Origin: Rebecca billardiae RCC1528
Taxonomy: Eukaryota > Protista > Haptophyta
DNA length: 64,000 bases
Direction: 5' to 3'
NCBI GenBank assembly: GCA_965240325.2
Contig: OZ251230.1
Coordinates: 1,860,001-1,924,000 of the forward strand
This document shows positions 30,351-41,085 of this stretch, one piece after another. The first letter of the stretch is position 1; each line of letters starts with the position of its first letter. The notes under the pieces are model-generated. The model saw nothing but the letters and a program-made list of their open reading frames with translations. It was not told the DNA's origin and made no database searches. A program made the translations under genes and the position numbers.

Positions 30351-32726
30351 ATGGCCGCGGTGCCCACGGCCGACGCGATGGCGGAAATTTCGCCGGCGCG
30401 GCGCGCCTCGGAGTGGTCGGAGTGGCCGGTGCCCGTGATCGAGAGCTCGCTCGAGGCGCGGTACGTGCCGCAGGAGATGCTGTCCGACGGCCCGTTCTCG
30501 CGTGTGCTCGTCGTCGAGCACAGGACGACGCGCGAGCGCTGCGCCGCCAAGGTGATCAGCCTGAAGCGGATGTCGCCCTCGCTCGCGCTCGAGGCGTCGC
30601 GCGCGGCCATCATGGCCGAGGCGTCGATGCTGGCCCACGTCGACCACGCGCACGTCGTGCGCCTGCTCGAGCTGCTCGTCTCCGACACCGAGGTCGTCCT
30701 GGTGATGGAGCTCGTCCCGGGCGGCGAGCTGTTTGAGCACGTCGTCGAGCGCGGCCGCTTCTCCGAGCGCGCGGCGCGGCGCGTGGTCGCGCAGCTCGCG
30801 TCGGCGCTGGCGCACCTGCACGAGCTGAACATCGTGCACCGCGACGTCAAGCCCGAGAACATCTTCGTCGCGCAGCACGACGCGCGCGCGCTCGACGTCA
30901 AGCTGGGAAGCTTTGGGTTTGCTACATATGCGGACGCGCTCGACGGGGTGGTCGGGCTTGCGGGCACGCTGGACTACGTCGCGCCGGAGGTGCTCACGTG
31001 GCACGACGCGTCGCGGGAGGAGGGCGTCACCCCCGCCGCGCGCGGCGTGCCGTACGGCCCCTCCGTCGACATGTGGAGCCTCGGCGTCGTCGCGTTCGTA
31101 CTGCTCAGCGGATATCCGCCGTTCTATGCCGACAGCGAGGCGGCGCTGCTGGCGCGCGTGCGCGCGGCGCGCTTCGAGTTCGCCTCGCCGTACTGGGACG
31201 AGGTCTCCGCCGAGGCGATCGACTTCATCTCGCGCTGCCTCGCGCTCCAGCCTAGCCAGCGCCTCACCGCGCACGAGGCGAGCTCTCACCCTTGGCTCTC
31301 GGGCGCGCGCGCCGAGGTGGGCGCGGCCGCACGCGGCGCGCGGGCCGAGATGCGCGCTGGCAGCAAGGATGGGGCGGCGGCGGGCGAGGTGTGGGCTGCG
31401 CTCCCGCACGAGGCATCGCAGCTCTCCGACGCCACGCAGGACGAGGACGCCTACGACGCCTACGACGACGAGGCCGCCTCCGCAGGCACAGCGGACCTGC
31501 CCGCCGCCAGAGACTATCCTCGAGCTGCGCCTCCGCCCGCGCAGCGTCACTCAGAGGGTCGGCGCCAGCTGCCGGCTGCGGAGCGGCAGCGTGAGCCGCG
31601 GGCGCGGGCACGGCAGGAGGTGCCGAGGAGAAAGGCGTGGGGGGACGAACAACCTGAGGGGCTGGGCGACGAACGCCGGCCGTCGCGCGCGCAAAGCCGG
31701 GCGGTGCGCGCGGGCCTGCAGCTAGAGGCGCAGCCTCCCGATGTGGCGGCGGCGCACGGCGGCGCGCGCGGGGCGGGCGGCAACCGCCGGCTCGAGCGCA
31801 CCCCGCCGCAGCAGCGCCCGCGGGCACACCGCGACGAGCCGCCGAGCCCAGAGCTGCACGACCACGACTCTGTGGAGGACGTGCACAGACCGAGCCGCGA
31901 GCCGCCGCGCTCGCACGCCGATGAGTGGTCGTGGCGCCAGCCGGCGTCGGCGCCGCCCGCCGCCATGGCGGCGGCGGCGCACGCTGCGCCGCCGCCGGTG
32001 TACGTGCACGCGCCGCCGCCGGGCATGCCCGTGATGATGCCTCCGCCGCCGTTCGGCGCCGCAGCCATGCTGGGCGCGCCCTACCCGATGCTCAGTGGCG
32101 GCATGGCCCCGCACCACCATGCGCTGCTCAGGGCGAGCCTGCCGCCAACCGGCGGCCCCCCGGCGCCTTGGCCGCCGCCGCCGCTGGCGCAGCCGCCGCT
32201 GCTGCACGCGCCCGCGTGGCTGCCGCCATCGGCACCGCCCGCGAAGCCGTCGTCGCGCGAGGCGTCGGCGGCGACGACCGAGCGCCACTCCCTCGAGTCG
32301 TTGCTCGGCCAGGCGAAGCAGCTTCGCTCCGAGTGTGACACGGTGCTGGTCGGAGCGGGCCAAGGGCAGCCGGCACCGGCGCCGAGCCTCCCTCGCGCGG
32401 CCTTCGAGGTGCAGATGGGCAGGCACGGGCCGCCGGGCGCGCCGAGCACGGAGCGCAGCGGGACGGGCGCCACGACGACCTTCGGCCCGCCCAAGCGGAT
32501 CGTCGAGCTGCGTACTGAGGGCGCGCATGTCGTGCGCCTCCCGGCGCACATGTACGACGAGATCACGAGCCTGTGCGACCGCGTGCACACGTGCCTGGTT
32601 CTACCGGAGGCGAGCGTGCACCCGCAGAGCGCGCAGATTGCGACGCGCTTCTCGCCGCTGCTCGAGCAGCTGGCAAACGAGGCGGCCTCGCACGCCCTTC
32701 GCGCCGCCACCGACCGTGGTGCGTAG
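30351..32726 (+). CDS. CaMK-family protein kinase-like (DFG replaced by SFG) with long Pro-rich tail
   Basis: AAKVI, LVMELVPGGELF, IVHRDVKPEN, KLGSFGFA, GTLDYVAPE, DMWSLGV, GYPPF, WDEVSAEAIDFI. Confidence 0.9.
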   Translation: MAAVPTADAMAEISPARRASEWSEWPVPVIESSLEARYVPQEMLSDGPFSRVLVVEHRTTRERCAAKVISLKRMSPSLALEASRAAIMAEASMLAHVDHAHVVRLLELLVSDTEVVLVMELVPGGELFEHVVERGRFSERAARRVVAQLASALAHLHELNIVHRDVKPENIFVAQHDARALDVKLGSFGFATYADALDGVVGLAGTLDYVAPEVLTWHDASREEGVTPAARGVPYGPSVDMWSLGVVAFVLLSGYPPFYADSEAALLARVRAARFEFASPYWDEVSAEAIDFISRCLALQPSQRLTAHEASSHPWLSGARAEVGAAARGARAEMRAGSKDGAAAGEVWAALPHEASQLSDATQDEDAYDAYDDEAASAGTADLPAARDYPRAAPPPAQRHSEGRRQLPAAERQREPRARARQEVPRRKAWGDEQPEGLGDERRPSRAQSRAVRAGLQLEAQPPDVAAAHGGARGAGGNRRLERTPPQQRPRAHRDEPPSPELHDHDSVEDVHRPSREPPRSHADEWSWRQPASAPPAAMAAAAHAAPPPVYVHAPPPGMPVMMPPPPFGAAAMLGAPYPMLSGGMAPHHHALLRASLPPTGGPPAPWPPPPLAQPPLLHAPAWLPPSAPPAKPSSREASAATTERHSLESLLGQAKQLRSECDTVLVGAGQGQPAPAPSLPRAAFEVQMGRHGPPGAPSTERSGTGATTTFGPPKRIVELRTEGAHVVRLPAHMYDEITSLCDRVHTCLVLPEASVHPQSAQIATRFSPLLEQLANEAASHALRAATDRGA

Positions 32727-33511
32727 CATTCTGAGCTGGCTGCCTCAGGCCCTCCGAGGCGGCTCAGGGCACGGCTGCGGCCAGCGCCGCCGCTCGCCGG
32801 CGACGTAAGTTACGACAGTCGTCATCAGTGACTTATATTAGTGTGACTGTCAGCACTCGTCAATATATACTCTGACTCAGCATCAGTGCCATCATTCACA
32901 TCACACTCACATTGCAGTGCGCACACCGCGTCACTAACTACTAAATAAACTATAATGCCTCTGACTCTCGGTGAGTCCGTGGCTGTAGACTGTATCGGTA
33001 CGTTTCGGTTATTTAGGAACCGATGTCGTCCGATCAATCGATCAGGTACTGTAAAGCATATAGCCTGGCAGCTTCATACACTAATTACAGCAGCTGAGAC
33101 TGACATCACTCAGATGTCGTCATCAATGACAATGTTATATTAGAATAGGCTGTAGCCTGAGTAGGGCGGCGCACGGTAGTACTGGGCCGGGCACCGGAGT
33201 CGGCGTCAGCCGGCGCTGACCGCGCGCTGAGAATGCCCGAGAACAGAAGTACGTGATGACCGTGTAATACTGTAGTCAACAGTCCGGTATTTTACTATTT
33301 AATAACTCAGCTATACCAGGTGATACGCCATTGATATTCGGAGTATTATCTGAATTACTATCGTAGTCACGATTGTCACGCCGCATTATTACCGGCGACC
33401 GCCAGTCCTCAATACAGTATACAGTATGCACGCCAGACAGCAGCTCGGCGTTGAAGGGTGGGCTGGTTGCCACTGACCAAAGTGCCGATCGGATGATGCC
33501 ACAGTCAGAAC

Positions 33512-34099
33512 TCAGAAGCAGAACTTGACGAGTGGATGCGATTTGAAGCGCGCATGCAGGTCCTGCACCATGGCTGCAGAGCCAACAAGGATGCGCATCT
33601 CGATCGAGACGTACTTCGACGAGCGCACCTCCGTTTTGAGGGCTGTGGGCGCCAGCCCGCACGCCTCGCGCGACAGCTCGGACAGCTCCGCAGCCACGTC
33701 CTTGTCCCCGGTCTGCTGGGCGACCACTCGGAACGTGTGCTCGGCCGGGAAGTCCATCAGGCCCTCGATCAGGCCAGTTCCGTGCTCAGTGTCCCGGTCG
33801 TCGTCGGATGGGCTGAACTCACCACTGAGGGCTCGCTGCGCCATCAAGAAGCGATCATTAAGGGGTTCCCCGCTTGCTTCCCCGAGCGAGCGTGTGATTT
33901 TGGCATCGGTGCATTTGTACGCAGGCGGCAGCTCCTCCTCGCCGGGTGCATCGCCGTCATCGGCGGCAGATGCGCTGAGTGCAATGCGCGTAGCAGCAGC
34001 TGCTGCGCGGCTGCGCGACGCGACTGGGATGACCACCGCGTGCCATGCGGCGCACCCAGCCGCGAGCAGCAGCGGTGCCAACGCCCTGCCGGCGCGCAT
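33512..34099 (-). CDS. DUF493 / YbeD-like protein with bipartite plastid-targeting-like presequence
   Basis: LMDFPAEHTFRVV...SSKYVSIEMRILVGSAAMVQDLHARFKSHPLVKFCF. The signal peptide ends CAA-W and is followed by an Arg/Ser/Ala-rich segment. Confidence 0.8.
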   Translation of the reverse strand: MRAGRALAPLLLAAGCAAWHAVVIPVASRSRAAAAATRIALSASAADDGDAPGEEELPPAYKCTDAKITRSLGEASGEPLNDRFLMAQRALSGEFSPSDDDRDTEHGTGLIEGLMDFPAEHTFRVVAQQTGDKDVAAELSELSREACGLAPTALKTEVRSSKYVSIEMRILVGSAAMVQDLHARFKSHPLVKFCF

Positions 34100-34282
34100 C
34101 TTTGCTCGGCGCTCGCGAACCGTCGCGGCCTTTCCTGACGAACCTTGAACTCACGTCCGCTGCCGAAGCGTTGGTGCAAGGGTACCGCCCTTGGTTGGTG
34201 GCTCGGACGCGAGCTTATTTATTCATCAAGGCTCCCTGACGACCGACCGTCTCCATCAGTGGCCTCACGGCCGCGGTTGAGC

Positions 34283-35470
34283 ATGGAGCTACGAGACGCA
34301 GAAGGCTCGCGAGAGGTGCTGCTCACGCCTGAACCTCTCAGCGTGACGACTTCAGTCCAGCGAGCTCGACGATGCGCGCTCATTGGCATCGTCGCGCTAG
34401 TCTTTGGTGTTGTCGTCGCGGCGAGCACAGTCCCGCGAATGATTGCGCGACAACGCTCGATGAGTACAGTCCCGCCGAGTGCCGCTGCGCAGCCTCAAAG
34501 CCCGCTTCCAGATGGACAGCCACAGGAACACACCCCAGATGGACAGCCACGGGAAGACGCGCCATCGACCCCTCACCATCGACGCCCCTACCTGTACGTG
34601 AGCTTCCGCGGCAGCTCGCCCGAGCACCCGGCCAAGCAGGGGGTGAATCAGGTGCTTCGGTACGAGGTGCACAACGGCTCGGCGGCGCCAACGGCCGTGC
34701 TTGGGCACGTCCACGACGGTAATGAGCCACGCGAGCTGCGCGGTCTGCATGCTGATCCGACGACGAACGGCCTGTTTGTCGCCAACGCGTACATCTTGGA
34801 CTCGCAAATCCTGCGCTACGGCCCGTGCGCGGCCGACGGGAGACGGCGCTTTGTCGGCCGCGTCACACCGCGCACTGAGCCTGGCCGGACACTGCTCCTG
34901 CACCCGTACGGGCTGGCAATGCGAAACGACACGCTCTACACAACGGCAGAGGACTCGGCCACCGTGCTCGGCCTCGACGTGAGCCTCCCCCTCGCGAACT
35001 CATCTGGGCTCACGGTCGTCGTGTCTGCACGTGCGCTGGGCATTCGCAACGTGGAGAAGTCGGGGCTTCGAGGCATCGCGGCGCACGGGGACTGCCTCTT
35101 CGTCGCGGAGCAGTCCAGCGGGGCAGTGCACCCGCTGTGCGAGCACTCCACTCGCGCGCGTATCCTGATCGAAAAGCCCGTTGGCCTCGCCGTGGACGCC
35201 GAGCGCGGGCTGCTGCTCGTGGGCTCGCGCGCGGAGAAGGACCCGCACGTGGCGGCCTTCGACATCGCGACGGGCGAGCGCGTGCACAGCTTCCACCACG
35301 CGGGCATGAGGCAGCCGGCGGGGCTGGTGGTAGACGGCCACCGGCTGTACGTCGCTGTGCAGGACACCAAAGCGATCCTTGAGTTCGATGTGCGCACGGG
35401 CCAGTTTGTGCAGATCGTCGTGGCCAGCCTGCCCGATGTGCCTGAATCGGTGATGATGTCAGATTGCTGA
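34283..35470 (+). CDS. Type II membrane beta-propeller (NHL/YVTN-like) protein
   Basis: TM ALIGIVALVFGVVVAAS and repeats HPYGLA, LRGIA, KPVGLAVD, QPAGLVVDG-LYVA. Confidence 0.7.
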   Translation: MELRDAEGSREVLLTPEPLSVTTSVQRARRCALIGIVALVFGVVVAASTVPRMIARQRSMSTVPPSAAAQPQSPLPDGQPQEHTPDGQPREDAPSTPHHRRPYLYVSFRGSSPEHPAKQGVNQVLRYEVHNGSAAPTAVLGHVHDGNEPRELRGLHADPTTNGLFVANAYILDSQILRYGPCAADGRRRFVGRVTPRTEPGRTLLLHPYGLAMRNDTLYTTAEDSATVLGLDVSLPLANSSGLTVVVSARALGIRNVEKSGLRGIAAHGDCLFVAEQSSGAVHPLCEHSTRARILIEKPVGLAVDAERGLLLVGSRAEKDPHVAAFDIATGERVHSFHHAGMRQPAGLVVDGHRLYVAVQDTKAILEFDVRTGQFVQIVVASLPDVPESVMMSDC

Positions 35471-35738
35471 GCCTGACACTGCGGATGCCGCTGCTGTGCA
35501 GCGATGCTGCTGATCGTAACTACTACTAATAACATTATTGATTATTCGACTACGACGACATTTTAAGTGCGCGCCGGTTGGGGTTATTTATTAGGACCGC
35601 CTCGTCGTTATTATCGTACCAGGCGGTGTGTTATCAGGCCGCCAAATATGACGGAATTGAGTGTGACTGTGAGTCGCCGGACCGAGTAATATCCAGAGTA
35701 CGGTCAGTCTAGCATCAGACTTTATTCGATATCGTCTC

Positions 35739-35740
<2 letters not shown>

Positions 35741-35776
<36 letters not shown>
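35741..35776. repeat. (TA)n microsatellite
   Basis: Direct inspection. Confidence 0.95.
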
Positions 35777-35777
<1 letters not shown>

Positions 35778-36634
35778 CTAGTCGGTCGTCCTACTGGCCA
35801 CTGCTACGGTCTACTGTACGCGACTCGTAACTAGTCGTACTTCGTAGCTTACTTGTAGGCCGGATCCGTATGCAGCGTATACTCTATCAGAGTAGACTCA
35901 GACTTGTCAGTGTGACAGTCGCCCCTGCATATTACGCGTACTGTAACTATCGCGTGGCATCATCATCGTTAGCAGAGAATAGTAGCGCAGTCACTGAGCA
36001 GCGTCGTCGTAGTAGTCATAAGCTATTGTCGGAGTCGGACGGTGTCTGTCTGATGGTGGTGTCGCCGCCAGACAGTCGTAGCCACCGTAGTAATAGTTCT
36101 CAATCGCGGGACTCACACTGGCTCACTCATTGCACGCGCTTCACCGGCCATCCGGGATATACACTATACAGTGCGGCATGCTCGTGCCTCTAGACGGGCA
36201 TCGAGCGGTGGCGAGCTCGCCAATCGCGTGGCGTAGACCCAGAGAACGTTGCCACAAGTAGCAGCCCTGATCAGCTTGCTAGCCGATGTCCGTCGATGAT
36301 CGCCCGGCTGTTGACAGGCGTGCACACGTATGCAGCATCACTCATTGAACAGCAGCTGTCTGACGCGGTGACACGACTACTGTACAGTACCAAACAGCCA
36401 ACCCTGTTCGTCAGACTCACGACGTGTGGGGTCTGACGGACATTGACATGTCTGCACCCTCGTACAAGACTACTACGCAGCATGCGACGGGCATTCAGCC
36501 ATTCACGGCTTCCATCACGCCCCGGATGTCGTGGACGTGAAAGCTGACGATGACGAAAGTGCATGCTGTTGGGACATGCGGACGACGACGGGTAAGGGTT
36601 CCAGCGTACTAACTACGGAGCGAGTGAGTGAGCG

Positions 36635-37429
36635 ATGCCGTCGTCGGCGCGTGCGCCGCAAAACCAGCGCAACGGCGAGACGAGCTGGTGGCGTGGGGGG
36701 CAGAAGCGCGACTCGGCGCCCTTCGCTCGCCTGCGCGACGTCGAGCCGGGCCTCGGGGCCGACGGCAAGGCGGCACACCTCCACAGCTCCGGTGGCGAGT
36801 CCGGCCACTGCGAACAGGACCTGTGGGCGTCTCTCCCGCTGCTCGCGCGCGAGCAGCTCGCGCTGCTGATCTCGGCGGACTTCTCGGCGGGCTTCTTCTC
36901 GCTCGCGTCGCGCGTAGGGGCCACCGTGCCCGCCGCCATCGCCCCCCCCGCCGCCGAGACGAGCGAGAGCGCAAAAGTCGATGTGCGGCTGCGCGCAGTC
37001 GAGGAGCGGTGCCGCGATCTCGAGTCGCTCGTGAAGGAGCTGCTCGCCGAGCGGGCGGAGCGCGGCAAGGAGGGCGACGCGAGGCGGCAAGGGAGCGAGT
37101 CTCAGCCCAGCCCCGCCGCGTCCGAGCGGCTGCGACGTGACGGCTCCTCGGCGGAGGGCGGCTGCGGCCCAGTCACAATGCAGCTCGTGTTCGGCCTGGT
37201 CGTCTCTCTCTACCGCGTGGTCGAGCACTGCGTCTTCGGCTACTTCGTCGCGTTCATCTCGTGCTGGAACGTCATCCTGTGGGCGCTCGTGACGATGGTG
37301 CTGGGCTACTTCCGTCTATTGGCGATTCTGATCGAGCGCCTGCTCGAGTGGCCGACCAACATCATCTGCACGACGGGTGTGGCGCTGATTCTGCTCATCG
37401 TCTTCTTCGCGCCACGGCCAGTCGCGTAA
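36635..37429 (+). CDS. Hypothetical membrane protein (coiled coil plus C-terminal TM segments)
   Basis: 264-aa ORF with host-like codon bias, VRLRAVEERCRDLESLVKELL and a hydrophobic C-terminus. Confidence 0.55.
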   Translation: MPSSARAPQNQRNGETSWWRGGQKRDSAPFARLRDVEPGLGADGKAAHLHSSGGESGHCEQDLWASLPLLAREQLALLISADFSAGFFSLASRVGATVPAAIAPPAAETSESAKVDVRLRAVEERCRDLESLVKELLAERAERGKEGDARRQGSESQPSPAASERLRRDGSSAEGGCGPVTMQLVFGLVVSLYRVVEHCVFGYFVAFISCWNVILWALVTMVLGYFRLLAILIERLLEWPTNIICTTGVALILLIVFFAPRPVA

Positions 37430-37891
37430 CCTATCGCCCGCAGTGGCACTGTCATGGCTGTGACTGACAGGTGTCGTCGTAGTAGTGCTAATAATAATAA
37501 TATATGTAATAATATTTGGAGTAGAGTGCGCGACGACGCGCTCAGGCGCGCCATTCATCTGTCGGCGTCATTCACGGACCATATGATACGCGACGCCGAT
37601 TAAGACTCGGCTCGGCTGCGAAGTGCTATTGTGTCATCAGCAATGTGCCCAATATATGTATGGTGTGAATGACGAAGTATCACATCAGCATCGGCAGCGG
37701 CGTAACTGTCATTACGACTTCTCGTCACGACTCATCGTAGCAGTCATGGCACGGACTCGTCGTCCGGATATCTGCAGCAGAGCGCGGCTGATCCGGAGCT
37801 GCGCCAGGCCAGTGGGCCAGGGCCCAGCCCCAGGCTAGCTCACTGCTGATGAGACATGCATATGCAACTGCTGCATCAAGTCATATAATAA

Positions 37892-40800
37892 TGACCGCGT
37901 TCCGCGGTCCTTTTCTGCATAGAATCAACGCAGTTGGGGGCCCGCGGTGGCCGTGCAATCGCGGCTCTCCGCCGTAGTTGCAGTTCGCCAGTTGAAGTCG
38001 GTTCTGAGATGACTGAATATGATCGGCTACGCCGATCTTCGGGTAGTGAACAACGAAGTTGACGGCGCACGGCCCTATAGTGGCTAGTTGTCGCGTTCTG
38101 TCTTATTCGTCACGAATCACGCAGCTTGTGAATGTGAGCAGCAGCCGGCTTGTGACGACACGGTCGGACGGTCGGACGGTGCCATGCGCCGAATGCAGCC
38201 GAGTCACTGGCGAGTCCGACAGCCGGGCGGCGGCGCCGGGGGTGCACGCGAGCTCGCACGCGCGTTGTGTGCGCAGCCGCGCTGCGCGTAGAGCAGCCAC
38301 TCAGCGCCGCGCCCGACCACTACGCGAGAAGCCGCTGCGCCGCGCGCAGCGGCAGCAGCGGCGCCTCCGCAGCGCGCGCCGAGCCGCCACCTCCCGCCCG
38401 CCTCACGGCCGCGGCCGCGGCGCGCGAGCGACTTGCGGCTTGCGGCGGCGGCGGGCAGCGGCGGCGCGGCGAGCGCGCACAGCGGCCCCTCGAGCGTGCG
38501 GCCGAGCGCCGCCGCGTACGTCGGGTCGCGCGCCGCGCGCCGTCGCCCACACGGCAGCAGCCCCGCGTGCGCCGCCGTCTGCCACGAGGGCGCGGAGCAC
38601 GGTGGTGCACACATTTTGGAGGCGCGCGCCGTCGAGGCGCGGGACGGGCGGGAGGGCGGACGGGGGCGGGAGGAGCGGCGGCGGCGGCGGCGGCGCGTTG
38701 CGCGAGCCGCAGCGTACGCCCGCGCCGATCTTGAATCTCGACGGCGGCGGTGCGGCGGCCGTGGCAGCGCGTGCGCGCGCGTTGACCAACGGCGGCGCGG
38801 CCTCTGCCGTCTGCGACGGCGGCACGGTGCGGCAAGGGCAGCGGTGGCGCGACGGCGTCGGCGGTGGCGCGCTCGCACAGCGTCTGCCGCCCGCGTGCGC
38901 CGCCGTCGTCGCCGTCGTCGCCGCGACGGCGGCACTGTGCGCCGACCGGTTAGCGCCCTCCGGCTCCGCCCCTGCGCTGACTGACGGGACGCCGAGGAGT
39001 TGACGGAGGGCGTGCGCGCGAGGTCGGCGGCGGTGTGCGCGGCGGCGCTGGGCGAGTGCGCCAGCTTCTCGGGCAGCGCATGCCCCGCCGCGCGCCTGCC
39101 GCCGCCCAGGCTCCCCGGCGCTCGGCCGCGCGCCACGCCGCCGCGCGCGCGCACGGGGCGGCACGTGCGCACGGCGGCACCGACGGAACATGACGCCTCG
39201 CGATCTGAATCGTCACGCGACTTATGCTGGTAGTCTTATTTTCGATCACACCCGCATTGGCTTCGGAATCAGTTTGCAATAAGGGGTGAGGAATCTTGAG
39301 TGACAATCGCAATAATTGCCCTTCCGCTCAGGCTGTCTAGGACACACTCACTACACTTCTTTCATCAGAGAGCTCTTAATCCTCGCAGATAAAGATTTCG
39401 AATCCCACCCGCATTGGGCCAAGAAGCCAATAACAGATGACTTCGTCCTATTTGCTTCCGATTTCTTCTATTACTTACTATCCAAGGATTAAGGAGCAGT
39501 ACAAACGCAATCATGAGCAGCGAAATGGACTCATTCTATGATTTAACGACACAGGTAGGACGACGCGGGTCTCCTGATTCGTCGGCGGCAGTGCCCGATC
39601 GTCGACACGAAGTCGGCGTTGGACTCAAATGCTCGGTTTCACACCTAAATCCACCTACAAAAATCCCCCCAAATCCTGCGCGCATCCTCTTTTTTGATTT
39701 TGATGCGGAGCACGTGCGCCGCCCCCCCCGGCTTTCGCTCACGCTCAGACCTTTCGGGGGGGCCGTGCGCCATAAGCTATTACTAGTCCGACCGTCGCCC
39801 TGCCTGCGCGACCGCGAGACTCATTCACACTTCACACAATCACAGCAGCGGACCTGAGACCGCACCCGGCACCGGTCGTCAAATCGGACGTCCGTCTGAC
39901 AACTAGCTGCCAAATGTCCAACTGGCTGATCAGCTCGGATCCGACCCGTCCGCGATCGTGCCATCGGCATCGGAATTACTACTAGTAGCTGCCAAACTGT
40001 GTCCAACTCTGGCTGATCAGCTCGGATCCGACCCGTCCGCGATCGTGCCGAGTGAGTCGTGCCGCGGAGCTCGGAGTACTGAAGGAGTCGGGTGTGACAG
40101 CAGGGTGCTTTAGCGCTGCGGCCCGTGCCAGCCAACGACCAGACGTACTCTGGCCACTTGACCCGTTGCACGGGTGAGTGACCGTACGCCCTGCCTAGTG
40201 CCTACCGCGCGCGCCGCGCGACCGGCGACTCGGGGTGATGGAGAGCGGATGGCGACAGCAGCAGCAGTCCTCATGAAGACGATGAAACTGGCGGCACGGG
40301 TGCACGAGGTGGCAGGCGAAAGCGCGCCGACGAGACCGCATTTGACACACCTGAGCCGCACGCGCGTGCCGTCGCCGAGCCGGCGAGCGCTGCAAACGCG
40401 CAACCGTACCGCGCGCGCCACGACGGCGCGGCACTAGCTGATGCAGGCCGTACTGCCGGCACTGCTTCTGCGATCATGCGCCACGGTCGCAGCTGACTGC
40501 GTGAGCAGCAAGCGGGAGGCGGGTCCGGAGGCACGTGCAGGCGCCGTCCCGCATATCCGCCATCGCCCATCGTGCCGGGGCACGTCACCTCCGACGATCC
40601 GGATGTGGCCCAGTCCGGACGTCACGCGATCCGGGAAGACGAGTACGATTCGCTCGTAACGAACCGTTACACTTATGTCACGGCCAGGCTCACGTCCCGT
40701 CCATCGATTACTTATGGAATCAGCTGGGCGCGCTCTTTTTCGGCCTAATAGACCTCTCTATGCGATCTCAAAAACTCGAAACTCGGTCTCCGCCAGCCCT

Positions 40801-40936
40801 AAAAATCGCCCCCCGTCCCTTTTTTTCCGCCGCCCCCCGTCCCTTTTTTCTTGACGATCAAAGATCTTTTTGAAACGTGGTTCGGGCCCGCTGGTGCGGG
40901 CTCCACGCTGCGCGCTCCGCCCTGCACCGCGGGCCA
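37892..40936 (-). mobile_element. Rolling-circle-like element, family A, interrupted by a nested family B element
   Basis: On +: A|TGACCGCG-TTC-CGCGGTC hairpin at 37893-37909, GGCCCGCGGTG at 37939-37949, other end CACCGCGGGCCA|T at 40936. Without the nested insert it is 1292 bp, the same length as 41086-42377. Confidence 0.9.
38020..39772 (-). mobile_element. Rolling-circle-like element, family B (nested, 1753 bp)
   Basis: On +: A|TGATCGGC-TAC-GCCGATC hairpin (38021-38037), CAACGAAGTTG, GGCGCACGGCCC (38064-38075) inverted at 39760-39771, end GCGCCA|T. It is absent from the sister copy, which reads GAATAT-AAGCT at 41210-41219. Confidence 0.88.
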
Positions 40937-41085
40937 TAAGCCGATCATAATAAGCTATCGGCATCGACCGTCCGAACTACTCGCTCATTAGTCGTCGTCA
41001 GTACGTACTCGATCAATAGCTACTCGTAATTCTCGAGTACTCCCGGATGCGGCGCAGCTGATACAATATATTATGACCGCGGAAA

